Source of the DNA: Candidatus Micrarchaeota archaeon CG10_big_fil_rev_8_21_14_0_10_45_29
Lineage (GTDB): Archaea; Micrarchaeota; Micrarchaeia; Anstonellales; Anstonellaceae
Direction of reading: 5' to 3'
DNA length: 64,000 nucleotides
Assembly: GCA_002778455.1 (NCBI GenBank)
Contig: PFCD01000001.1
Span: 53,445-117,444 of the forward strand
The notes under the pieces are model-generated. The model did no database searches, was not told the origin of the DNA, and saw nothing but the letters and a program-made list of their open reading frames with translations. A program made the position numbers and the translations under genes. Positions 28,285 through 36,983 of this stretch are shown here, piece after piece; positions within the stretch are counted from its first letter, which is position 1, and the number at the start of each line of letters is the position of its first letter.

Positions 28285-29846
28285 GCCAAATAGCAGACGA
28301 GATAAACAAATCCTGGCACGAGACATTCAGGATTCTCTTTGGAACCGATTGCAAGCACAACCTTGAAGAACTCTCTGAATGGCTCTTTCGCGACCATTAT
28401 CCGCCCATGTACGTAAAATCCTCAATTTCCGGCAAACCAGTTACCCTCTGCTCCACAAGATACTCGAAAACTTCAAAATTCATCTCGCAGGAGGAAATAA
28501 GCTATTCCAGAAAGCACCGGCTAGACATAAACAAAATCAAGGATATTGACTCAATTCTTGAGGCAATAGAAGATCGCGCATATTATGCCGGAAACAAAAT
28601 ATTCGGCTCCACAACCAACAGCGAGTCCTGCGACAACATAACCGATTGCCACTATGCATACCATAGCTCTGTATGCTCCCAGTCAAAGCAGCTGGGCTAC
28701 TCTTCATACGCGCGCGACAACAGCGAATACTCCTTCGGCTCTGAAATACACAGCAAAGGCAAATACCTAATCCGGGTTTTGGGGGCCGCCGGCCTGGCCC
28801 GCTGTTTCGAGTCATACATAATAACCAATTCCTCTGACCTTTTCTATACTTTCGACTGCTCTGGCTGCGACAACGCAATGTTTTCCTTCGGCCTGCGCTC
28901 CAAACGATATTGCATAGGCAACCTGCCCCTCGAAAAATCCAAATACCTGCCCCTGAAGAAAAAACTCACCCAAGAAGCGGCAGAATACATAAACAAGCAC
29001 AAAACCTTCCCATCAGTATATGATTTTCCACCCCCAGACAAGTCCAAAATAAAGCCGCTTTCCATAACGCCTACTCTTGCCCCAAAAATGGATTTCAAGC
29101 CCATTGACGAGGCTTTTGAAACCGCCACCAAAGTAATCCTTGGAAAGCCCCTCTCCCCTGTAAAAAATTACCGGAAATTCCTCACAAAGCGCTCGGATGC
29201 CGTGCAGATAATAAAAACTATATTCGGAAGCGAGGGCCTCTACTCCAAGTACTCATGGTATCGCGCCGTCCCCCACGAGCGCGCAATAACCATGGCAGAG
29301 GCGCGCGAGATGGAAAGCCGCCACATAACTTTGAGCGAATCCGAAAATCTGGGCTCAATACTTAAAAAATGCGAAGCCATCGCCTTTTACGCAGTGGATT
29401 TCAAGGAGGGGCAGAACACAAACAACTCATACACCCAGGTGGAATTCAATGCCATAAACTCATACATGTGCGGGGATGTTACCTACTCAAAAAACGCGGC
29501 ATTTGACACAATGGCCTTCCACAGCGAGGCGGTGTTCGGCTGCTTTAGGGCAATACACTCCAAATATTCAATCCGCTGCCATGACTGCTTCCAATTAACC
29601 GCCTGCATGGACATGGACTCATGCTCCTACTGCTCAAATTCAATGTTTTGCCACAACTGCGAAAACCTTGAGAACTGCATGTTCTGCTTCAATGCAAAAA
29701 GCCTCAAATACGCCATAGGCAACGTGGAAGTAGGGAAAGAAAAATACGCCGAGATAAAAAAGAAAATCTGCGATGAAATATTAGCCCAAATAGAAAAAAA
29801 CGGGGATTTGGGCTTTGACATATGCGATTTAGGGTGCAAAAAATGA
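28281..29846 (+). CDS. Cys-rich paralogue, fused A+B form (521 aa)
   Basis: There is an ATGA overlap with the upstream gene. The A-half has 'WHETFRILFGTDC', 'INKIKDIDSI' and 'YYAGNKIFGSTTNSESCDN'. The B-half has 'FETATKVILGKPL' and 'CSNSMFCHNCENLENCMFCFNAKSLKYAIGNVEVGKEKY'. Confidence 0.75.
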   Translation: MSQIADEINKSWHETFRILFGTDCKHNLEELSEWLFRDHYPPMYVKSSISGKPVTLCSTRYSKTSKFISQEEISYSRKHRLDINKIKDIDSILEAIEDRAYYAGNKIFGSTTNSESCDNITDCHYAYHSSVCSQSKQLGYSSYARDNSEYSFGSEIHSKGKYLIRVLGAAGLARCFESYIITNSSDLFYTFDCSGCDNAMFSFGLRSKRYCIGNLPLEKSKYLPLKKKLTQEAAEYINKHKTFPSVYDFPPPDKSKIKPLSITPTLAPKMDFKPIDEAFETATKVILGKPLSPVKNYRKFLTKRSDAVQIIKTIFGSEGLYSKYSWYRAVPHERAITMAEAREMESRHITLSESENLGSILKKCEAIAFYAVDFKEGQNTNNSYTQVEFNAINSYMCGDVTYSKNAAFDTMAFHSEAVFGCFRAIHSKYSIRCHDCFQLTACMDMDSCSYCSNSMFCHNCENLENCMFCFNAKSLKYAIGNVEVGKEKYAEIKKKICDEILAQIEKNGDLGFDICDLGCKK

Positions 29847-31426
29847 GCGAACCCCTGCAAACCCTAGAGCGCAAATTCAAGGAGACCTGCAAAATAGTCC
29901 TCGGGGAGCCAGTAGGCGATTTGCAGGAATTTCTCCCATGGCTTTCAATCCATCCGGGCCAAATCAGCGCCAAAAAATCAAGCGTATCCGGAAAGCAGGT
30001 GGTATTTACCCGGATGGAATACGAAGGCAACCGCTTTATCAGCCTAGATGAGGTTGATTTCAGCAAAAAATACCCAAAAATTAATCCGGCCAGCATGGCA
30101 GGAATTGTTTCACTGGCAAAAACTCTTTCAGACCGTTTTTATTATGCAGGAAACCTGATTCTGGGCAATTCAAATTTTGTGGAGAGCAGCACAAACATAT
30201 CTGATTGCCATTATGCCTATGAAGCAATACAGGCAACCAATTCAAAATACATATTCAAGTGCAACCACGGGCGCGAGGACGATTCCCTATTCGGGGTTTA
30301 CGGCTCCGGGGAATCCTCATTCTGCCTAAGCTGCAGCCAGCTTGTGAGGGTAAAGCGCAGCATGGAAACATGGGTGAGCAACAACAGCTCGGATTGCTAT
30401 TATTGCTACGGGCTAGACAGCTGCAGCAACTGCATCTTTTGCTTCCATCTCAAAAACCGGCGCTATTGCGTTGGAAACGTGCAGCTTGAGCCAGAGGAAT
30501 ACGACCGGATAAAGCAAAGGCTATTATCCGAAATCAGGGGAATTCTAAAAAAGGAAAAAAAGATTCCCAGCCTTGTAGACGTTGCAAGAAAATGCAGGCT
30601 TTCAATACCCCCCCTATCCCAAACACGCCGGGACGAGAATTCAACTGAAGTTACAAACAAGAGGAGAATCGAGAACGAATTCGCGCTAACCTTTCTGGTA
30701 TTGTTTGGGCATGCCCCGGAAAGCATAGACAAATACGAGCAATTCCTCAGGCGCCACGTGAGGCTCAGCCAAACATGCAAGTCGGCGGCAAGCGGCAAGA
30801 GCATTGAGATGTGCACCCATGCCCTATTCAGGATAAACCTCCCGCCAGAGAGAATCCTCTGCATGGCAGAGGCGGAAGAACTGGGGGAGAAATACGACAT
30901 TGGCAAGGATGCGGCGCAAACCATATCAATGCAAAATGCTCATGAGAAAATATCCAAAATCGCCTTTTTCGACGCCGATTTCTGGGAGGGGCAAAATTCA
31001 AACATAATAGACTGTGTAGTGCCAGTAGAATCCTCCGACTGCTACAAATCCGTAGCCATGGTATATTCCAAAAACTGCGCATACACCTTCTGGCCTGTAA
31101 ATTCCTCAAACTGCTTTGGCTGCGACACCATCTTCCATTCCTCCAGCTGCATAAACTGCTACCACTCCGTAAAACTCTCCCGCTGCTTCGAGCTGGACTC
31201 CTGCCGCGACTGCTCAGACTCCCTTTTCTGCCACAACATAGAAAACTGCTCAAACTGTCTTTTTTGCTTTAACGTAAAAGCCAAAAGATACGCAATAGGC
31301 AACGTGGAATACCCCAAAGAAGAATACCTAAAACTCAAAAAGAAAATACTCATGGAACTTTCCCAAAAGCTTGAAAAGGATAAGAATCTCGATATATCCA
31401 TATTCAACATAGGGTGCAAAAAATGA
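29843..31426 (+). CDS. Cys-rich paralogue, fused A+B form (about 527 aa from the ATG at 29843)
   Basis: The likely start is 'MSEPLQTLERKFKETCKIVLGEPVGDLQEF', which overlaps the upstream stop as ATGA; the ORF track extends it to 29822. The B-half has 'YTFWPVNSSNCFGCDTIFHSSSCINCYHSVKLSRCFELDSCRDCSDSLFCHNIENCSNCLFCFNVKAKRY'. Confidence 0.75.
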   Translation: MSEPLQTLERKFKETCKIVLGEPVGDLQEFLPWLSIHPGQISAKKSSVSGKQVVFTRMEYEGNRFISLDEVDFSKKYPKINPASMAGIVSLAKTLSDRFYYAGNLILGNSNFVESSTNISDCHYAYEAIQATNSKYIFKCNHGREDDSLFGVYGSGESSFCLSCSQLVRVKRSMETWVSNNSSDCYYCYGLDSCSNCIFCFHLKNRRYCVGNVQLEPEEYDRIKQRLLSEIRGILKKEKKIPSLVDVARKCRLSIPPLSQTRRDENSTEVTNKRRIENEFALTFLVLFGHAPESIDKYEQFLRRHVRLSQTCKSAASGKSIEMCTHALFRINLPPERILCMAEAEELGEKYDIGKDAAQTISMQNAHEKISKIAFFDADFWEGQNSNIIDCVVPVESSDCYKSVAMVYSKNCAYTFWPVNSSNCFGCDTIFHSSSCINCYHSVKLSRCFELDSCRDCSDSLFCHNIENCSNCLFCFNVKAKRYAIGNVEYPKEEYLKLKKKILMELSQKLEKDKNLDISIFNIGCKK

Positions 31427-32148
31427 AAAAAAAGAAACAGCCCCAAGAAATTCAAAAAACCGACTCAAAGCTCAAAGCCGCAACCATTGGCTTCTACCAC
31501 CAAAACTGCCAGACAAGCATAAGCACCGAAAAATTCCCCCACATCACTTTGGAGCAGGTAAGCCCGGTGGTATATTTCAGAAGGGAAAAGGACTGGATGG
31601 ACTACAGCCTCATATGGAACGTAAAGGCCGAAAAAGAGTCCGAATTAGAAGAATACTTAAATTATATAAAAAAGCGAAACGACACAAAGCGCCTCTCCAT
31701 ACTGAACAAATCAGGCACAGAAGCCCTCATCCTCCTGCGCTTCAAATCCCCCTCCTCAAGCTATGAAAAAGTCCTTGAGAGCGGCACAATCCCCACCTCC
31801 CCTGTAATAGCAAAAGAGGGCTTTGAGACATATAATTTGCTTGCAATAAATCCGAAGGGAATCAAAAACCTCTCAAAAGAGCTTGACGCCATAGGGGACG
31901 TGAAAATGATGCGCGTGGGCGAATACAAAAATTCCGGCGACTTGCCATCCCTTACCCACAAGCAAAAAGACGCGCTCATAATGGCGATGATAAACGGCTA
32001 TTACAAATGGCCGAAAAGCACAAATCTTGAAAAGCTCTCAGAGCTTGCAAACATATCCAGAAGAAGCATGCAGGAGAGGCTGCGCCGCGCCGAATCCAAG
32101 CTTTTTCCCCATTTAATCAAAAAACACGTAAAAAAGGGCGAAAAATAG
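31423..32148 (+). CDS. HTH_10 (bacterio-opsin-activator/Bat-type) helix-turn-helix transcriptional regulator embedded in the Cys-rich gene array
   Basis: The C-terminal 'LTHKQKDALIMAMINGYYKWPKSTNLEKLSELANISRRSMQERLRRAESKLF' matches HTH_10 strongly. The probable ATG at 31423 overlaps the upstream stop (ATGA). The ORF track start at 31414 would require a GTG start. Confidence 0.7.
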   Translation: MKKKKQPQEIQKTDSKLKAATIGFYHQNCQTSISTEKFPHITLEQVSPVVYFRREKDWMDYSLIWNVKAEKESELEEYLNYIKKRNDTKRLSILNKSGTEALILLRFKSPSSSYEKVLESGTIPTSPVIAKEGFETYNLLAINPKGIKNLSKELDAIGDVKMMRVGEYKNSGDLPSLTHKQKDALIMAMINGYYKWPKSTNLEKLSELANISRRSMQERLRRAESKLFPHLIKKHVKKGEK

Positions 32149-32160
32149 GGCATATGCCCT

Positions 32161-33783
32161 ATGCAAGTTTATTACATTAAACTCCCTTATCCATATATGC
32201 CTGAACCCCTAGACACGCTGCAACAAAGATGGGATGCCACATGCAAAATATTGCTAGGCGAGCCGATAGGCGCTTTGCAGGATTACAGGGAATGGCTTCT
32301 GGAGCTCACCGAACCCCTCCACCACACCGCCTCCTCAATTTCCGGCAAAAAAACCACATACTACGTAACCAAATACGAAAAAAATTCAAAAAGAATCTCA
32401 TTTGAAGAGATAGATTTTGCCAAAAATTACCCTGCCCCAAATATGGATGCAAAAAATATACAAGAGCTTCTTAACTCAATCTCCGGCCGTTTCCACTACG
32501 CTGGAAACATAATTCTTGGAAAATGCGGCGCAATAGAAAAATCCTCAAATTTGCAAAACTCGTTTTACATGCTTGAGTCCGGCAACTACGACGGCTGCAA
32601 ATACACGGCATACTCTACGGTGGGCAGATTCTCCGAGGACTCATACGGGGGAAACGGCATAGGAAACTCATCCATAGTGCTAAAGTGCAAAGAAACTTTT
32701 GAGAATAAACGCTGCCTTGAGGCATGGATGAGCCAATATGTATCTGACTGCTACTACTCGTACGCTCTTGCAAACTGCTCTGACTGCATGTTTTGCTTCC
32801 ACCTAAAGGGCAAAAAGCACTGCATAGGCAACCTGCAATTAACTCCTGAGCAATACAAGCAAATTAAGAAAAAACTCCTCTCCCAAATGCTCTCCTACTT
32901 AAAAGAGCACAAGCGCCTTCCCTCTTTGGCGGAAATTGCCAGAAATTCAAAATTGGACAAATCCATAATAGAAAAAATAAAATTGCCAGAGTCAAAAAAA
33001 GAGAAAAAAGATTTGCAGGAAATAGAATCTGCCTTCAAAAAAGCCTGCAAACTCATTTTCGGAAAAGAGCTTCCTGGCAAAATAGACGATTATGGCAAAT
33101 GGCTCTCCACAAACAAGAGGGAAATAAAATCATACAAATCCGCAATTTCGGGAAAGCCAGTATTCATTGGTGACTACTGCGCCCTCTTTGATTTGCCAAA
33201 AGACCGCCTCCTAGGGGCGGATGAAGCCCCAGCATTCGCGCAGGCGGCGCATCTCTCTTTAGAAGAAGTGCAAAGCCTTGAATTTTCCAAAATAACCCAA
33301 ATACTTGGGAAAATCGCCTATTTCTCCCCAGAATATTACGAGGGCGCAAGCGCGAACATAATAGACACTCCAACGGCAATGGATTCCTCCAACTGCTACA
33401 AAACATTTGCAACCGTATGGGCAAAATATTGCGCCTATGGCTTCTGGCCGCGAAGCTCCGAATACATTTTCGGCTTTGACACCTGCCTCTCCTCCTCCTT
33501 TTGCATAAACTGCTACAATTCCACCAGCCTCACCCGCTGCTTTGAGATGGACGGGTGTGCAAACTGCTCGGATTCATACTTCTGCCACAACTCAGAATCA
33601 CTCTCAAACTGCCTCTTCTGCTTCAACGTAAAGGCAAAGCACTATGCAATTGGAAACGTAGAGGTGGGAAAAGAAAAATACGAAAAAATAAAAAAAATGG
33701 TTTTGGAAGAAATTGCGAAAAAGCTTGAAAAAGAGAAAAAGCTAGAATTAAATATCTACAACATCGGCTCTTTAAAAAAATAA
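32161..33783 (+). CDS. Cys-rich paralogue, fused A+B form (about 528-540 aa)
   Basis: The N-terminus is 'LQQRWDATCKILLGEPIGALQDYREWLL'. The B-half has 'FKKACKLIFGKELPGKIDDYGKWL', 'YGFWPRSSEYIFG', 'CANCSDSYFCHNSESLSNCLFCFNVKAKHYAIGNVEVGKEKY' and the tail 'KLEKEKKLELNIYNIG'. The true start may be the ATG at 32197. Confidence 0.75.
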   Translation: MQVYYIKLPYPYMPEPLDTLQQRWDATCKILLGEPIGALQDYREWLLELTEPLHHTASSISGKKTTYYVTKYEKNSKRISFEEIDFAKNYPAPNMDAKNIQELLNSISGRFHYAGNIILGKCGAIEKSSNLQNSFYMLESGNYDGCKYTAYSTVGRFSEDSYGGNGIGNSSIVLKCKETFENKRCLEAWMSQYVSDCYYSYALANCSDCMFCFHLKGKKHCIGNLQLTPEQYKQIKKKLLSQMLSYLKEHKRLPSLAEIARNSKLDKSIIEKIKLPESKKEKKDLQEIESAFKKACKLIFGKELPGKIDDYGKWLSTNKREIKSYKSAISGKPVFIGDYCALFDLPKDRLLGADEAPAFAQAAHLSLEEVQSLEFSKITQILGKIAYFSPEYYEGASANIIDTPTAMDSSNCYKTFATVWAKYCAYGFWPRSSEYIFGFDTCLSSSFCINCYNSTSLTRCFEMDGCANCSDSYFCHNSESLSNCLFCFNVKAKHYAIGNVEVGKEKYEKIKKMVLEEIAKKLEKEKKLELNIYNIGSLKK

Positions 33784-33792
33784 GAAAAAAAA

Positions 33793-35538
33793 CTACTCCA
33801 GCGGCCCCCTGCCCTTAAAATACGTCTTCTCGCCGGTATAAGGGTCATGCTTTATGCCCAAATCAACATTTATCCAATCCTGCGTATCAACCGTGCGGGT
33901 TATCATGGGGATAATATATTTTTTGCCGTCATATAGGCGGGCAATGCATTCGCGGGTATGCAATTTCACAAACATTTCCCTCTTGGAGGCATCAAGCTCG
34001 GAAGGACTGACGCTTCGCTTGAAAAATTCCTCCACCTTTATATCCATCATGGATGAGAGAAGGCGCGCATCCTCTTTTGTAACGCGAAAAGCGAATATGT
34101 TGCGCGCATTTGAAATAAGGGCATCAAGCACCTCTTTTGAGAGTTGCCCCAAATACTGGGCGGCGGCATAAGTGTATAAATTAAACTTGCGCGTCTCTGC
34201 CAAAATGTCTTTTACAACCTTTGTCTCAACAGTGGGAAATTCATCCACTATAAGCATGGTTTGCATTTTTAGCTTCTCGCTAATCGCCATCATATACATC
34301 TGATTCACTATGGCGCCAGCAAAAAATTTGATTATCCTGCGCCCGAAAAAGTGGGGGTTGAAAGAGACGATTGTAAGCCTCTCGTTTTGCACTATTTTTC
34401 CCAAATCTTCCAAATGCTTTGCCTTTCCCAAATAAAGCATGTATTCGCCTATGAAATTTGTGACGGGCAATATGGCGTCGTTGAAATGGTGCATATAAAT
34501 GTCCTGAAATTCCTTGTCAAAAAACCGCTTTACCTCGTCATTTTGGCTCATGGCGGTGAATTCCATTCTTTTTGAAGAGTCGGTAAGAAGCAAATTAATA
34601 TTCTCAAGGTTCAAATCGTTGATGTCTGCCAAAAGGTGCACAGAGTAAAACACCACTCTCTCCGCGTATTTTGACTCCTGCGCTATTGTGGAGGTAATAA
34701 GCTGAGCAACCAATTGGGTGATAAGCGGGCTTTTTCCTGTGCCCACGTCAAAGGGCTCCACATAATTGTTGCGAAAGTCAATTATTTTCGCGTCAGGGAA
34801 ATATTTTGCAAATTCTCCGTGCGGGTCCACAACAACTATTCGCACATCTTTGTATTTTTGCAAAACCGCTTTTATGAGTATTTGTATAAATTTGGATTTT
34901 CCGCTTCCCGAAGTGCCTACAATGATGCCGTGCTGGAAAACGTCAAAATTATTTACCCCTATGCGCGCGCTGTCGCTCACAAGCACGGGGTTTGGCGACT
35001 CCAAATAAACCGCCTTGGGAATAGGGTCAAGCAATTCTATGTAAAAGAGGGGGTTGTTCTCAAGGTCTATCTCCAAAAATTTCATGGGGTTTGTAAGCGC
35101 AAGCATCCCGCGCCTCCCCCCGTAATCCACAAAATTTCCAAAGCCGTAGTAAATGCCAAAGAATTTTATGACTCTAATCCTTATCTCCTCAACATTTTCC
35201 TTTATCAAAAAGTTGAAGAAATTTGTGCCGCCTACAACTTTTGTTCCAAGGGAAAATTTGCTTTTTGAGAGCTCGAGGGGCGCCGGGTCGTTTATCCTGA
35301 AAGGAAACATCAATGCCGACTGCCCGTATATGTTGTCTTTGTCCTTGATAAACATCTTTATGGTGTTGTTATACCTTTTTATTACAAATTCCACTCCGCG
35401 AAAAGAGAAAGCGCGCGATAGGTCTATTGCCTCCAGGAGCGGTATATGCTTTTTTGTAAGCATGTCAAATGTGCGCTTGTAATCCTCCGAAGTTATTTTT
35501 GGAGCGTAAATGGAGAGCTCTGCGTATTTTTTTGCCAT
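33793..35538 (-). CDS. HerA/VirB4-like (DUF87/AAA_10-type) P-loop NTPase
   Basis: Walker A is 'GIIVGTSGSGKSKFIQIL'. 'VVVDPHGEFAKYF' is a HerA/VirB4-type motif and Walker B is 'MLIVDEFPTV'. 'RKFNLYTYAAAQ' is an arginine-finger/Q motif. No NurA partner is seen nearby. Confidence 0.65.
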   Translation of the reverse strand: MAKKYAELSIYAPKITSEDYKRTFDMLTKKHIPLLEAIDLSRAFSFRGVEFVIKRYNNTIKMFIKDKDNIYGQSALMFPFRINDPAPLELSKSKFSLGTKVVGGTNFFNFLIKENVEEIRIRVIKFFGIYYGFGNFVDYGGRRGMLALTNPMKFLEIDLENNPLFYIELLDPIPKAVYLESPNPVLVSDSARIGVNNFDVFQHGIIVGTSGSGKSKFIQILIKAVLQKYKDVRIVVVDPHGEFAKYFPDAKIIDFRNNYVEPFDVGTGKSPLITQLVAQLITSTIAQESKYAERVVFYSVHLLADINDLNLENINLLLTDSSKRMEFTAMSQNDEVKRFFDKEFQDIYMHHFNDAILPVTNFIGEYMLYLGKAKHLEDLGKIVQNERLTIVSFNPHFFGRRIIKFFAGAIVNQMYMMAISEKLKMQTMLIVDEFPTVETKVVKDILAETRKFNLYTYAAAQYLGQLSKEVLDALISNARNIFAFRVTKEDARLLSSMMDIKVEEFFKRSVSPSELDASKREMFVKLHTRECIARLYDGKKYIIPMITRTVDTQDWINVDLGIKHDPYTGEKTYFKGRGPLE

Positions 35539-35725
35539 TTTCTTTACCTTATGCGGTTGTATTTATTTCCCCAACGTTTTTATTTAAGCTTAACAATGCT
35601 AATTTTACATTATCGCCTATATATTAACACTTCTAATCCTTAAAAATCTTATCAAAGCATGCAAAACCCCTGTTGCGTTGGCAGCAATGTTAATGCCTTA
35701 AATATTATGCCATTTATATATTCCT

Positions 35726-36862
35726 ATGGGACAAACAACACAAAACGCAAAAGAGGCGGCTTCAAATTATTCCAATCCCACACTTAGCGTGCTGGGCTCC
35801 CATTCCGCGCTCGACATCTGCCACGGCGCAAAAGCGCACGAGATTCCAAACCTTGTAGTATGCCAAAAGGGGCGGGAAAAAACATATTCCCAGCATTACA
35901 AGGCGCGCGAAAACGCCATAGGAAGCCAGGGATGCGTTGATGAGATTCTTCTTCTTGAGAAATTCAAAGACATTGCAAACTCGGACTCGCTGGAATTTTT
36001 GAAAAAAAAGCAGGCAATATTTGTGCCTCACCGCTCTTTTTCCGTATATGTGGGGTATGATAAAATAGAGAATGAATTTGAAATCCCTATATTTGGCAAC
36101 CGCTATTTATTGCGCGCAGAAGAGAGGGGTGAGAAAAACAACCAGCGCGATTTGCTTATAAAAGCCGGAATAAAGGTGCCAAAAACCCTCGCCTCGCACG
36201 GGGAAATAAACTCTCTTTGCATAATAAAGGCAAGCGAGGCAAAGCGAAGCTATGAGCGGGCATTCTTTTTTGCATCCACTCCTGCGCAATACGAGGAAAA
36301 ATCAAAAAAAATGGTAGAAAAAGGAATAATTACAAAAGAGGGGCTTGAAGGGGCGCTAATAGAGGAATTTGCACTGGGCGCACCCTTTAACTTCAATTAC
36401 TTTCTCTCTCCCCTCACAGGCGAGCTTGAATTATTGGGAATAGACACGCGGCGCCAGACAAATTTGGACGGCTGGCTTCATCTGCCTGCAGAACAGCAGC
36501 TTGAAATCTCCAAAATGGCAAAAGTAAACAATATAGAGGCAGGGCACATCGCCTGCACAATAAGGGAATCTTTGCTTGAGCAGGTATTTGAAATAGGCGA
36601 GAAATTTGCAAAAACATGCAAAGAAGAATATTCTCCGGGCCTAATAGGGCCCTTTGCATTGCAGGGCGCGCTCGTGCCGGGCGAGAAGGGCGAGGAAATT
36701 ACAATATTTGACGTATCCTTCAGGGTGCCCGGCTCACCGGGCACAAGATTCACTCCATATACCGAATATTTATTCGGCAAATCCGCCTCCGTGGGCTCGC
36801 GCATAGCACTGGAAGTTTCCCAAGCGCTAAAAACCGGCAAAATAGAGAGAATAATAACATAA
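35726..36862 (+). CDS. PurP paralogue (ATP-grasp, FAICAR synthetase-like, DUF1246/DUF1297)
   Basis: It aligns along its whole length with PurP-type proteins: 'LSVLGSHSALDICHGAK', 'VPHRSFSVYVGYD', 'IFGNRYLLRAEER', 'IDTRRQTNLDG', 'IRESLLEQVFEIG', 'IGPFALQ' and 'SFRVPGSPGT'. Confidence 0.7.
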   Translation: MGQTTQNAKEAASNYSNPTLSVLGSHSALDICHGAKAHEIPNLVVCQKGREKTYSQHYKARENAIGSQGCVDEILLLEKFKDIANSDSLEFLKKKQAIFVPHRSFSVYVGYDKIENEFEIPIFGNRYLLRAEERGEKNNQRDLLIKAGIKVPKTLASHGEINSLCIIKASEAKRSYERAFFFASTPAQYEEKSKKMVEKGIITKEGLEGALIEEFALGAPFNFNYFLSPLTGELELLGIDTRRQTNLDGWLHLPAEQQLEISKMAKVNNIEAGHIACTIRESLLEQVFEIGEKFAKTCKEEYSPGLIGPFALQGALVPGEKGEEITIFDVSFRVPGSPGTRFTPYTEYLFGKSASVGSRIALEVSQALKTGKIERIIT

Positions 36863-36983
36863 GAAAAGGCAATGGGCAGCAAATAAAGAAAAAAGCGATT
36901 GCTTAATATAGCGCAAAAGCGCAAGAAAATATAAAAAATAAAAAGCAGGCGCAAAAAATTCAAGGCAAGATTGGTGCATTATA

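Noticed and set aside
25172-33783. Interpreting the split versus fused Cys-rich gene forms as simple homopolymer frameshift variants
   Set aside because: Fused forms contain a real 60-100-aa linker with distinct sequence. The A/B junction is not a single-base slip, although poly-A tracts at the junctions were noted.
35711-35721. 'tttatata' immediately 5 nt upstream of the PurP-paralogue ATG as its TATA box
   Set aside because: It is too close to the start codon. An A/T-rich 'ttaaatatta' about 26 nt upstream is a more plausible TATA for a leaderless transcript, but neither was reported as a feature.
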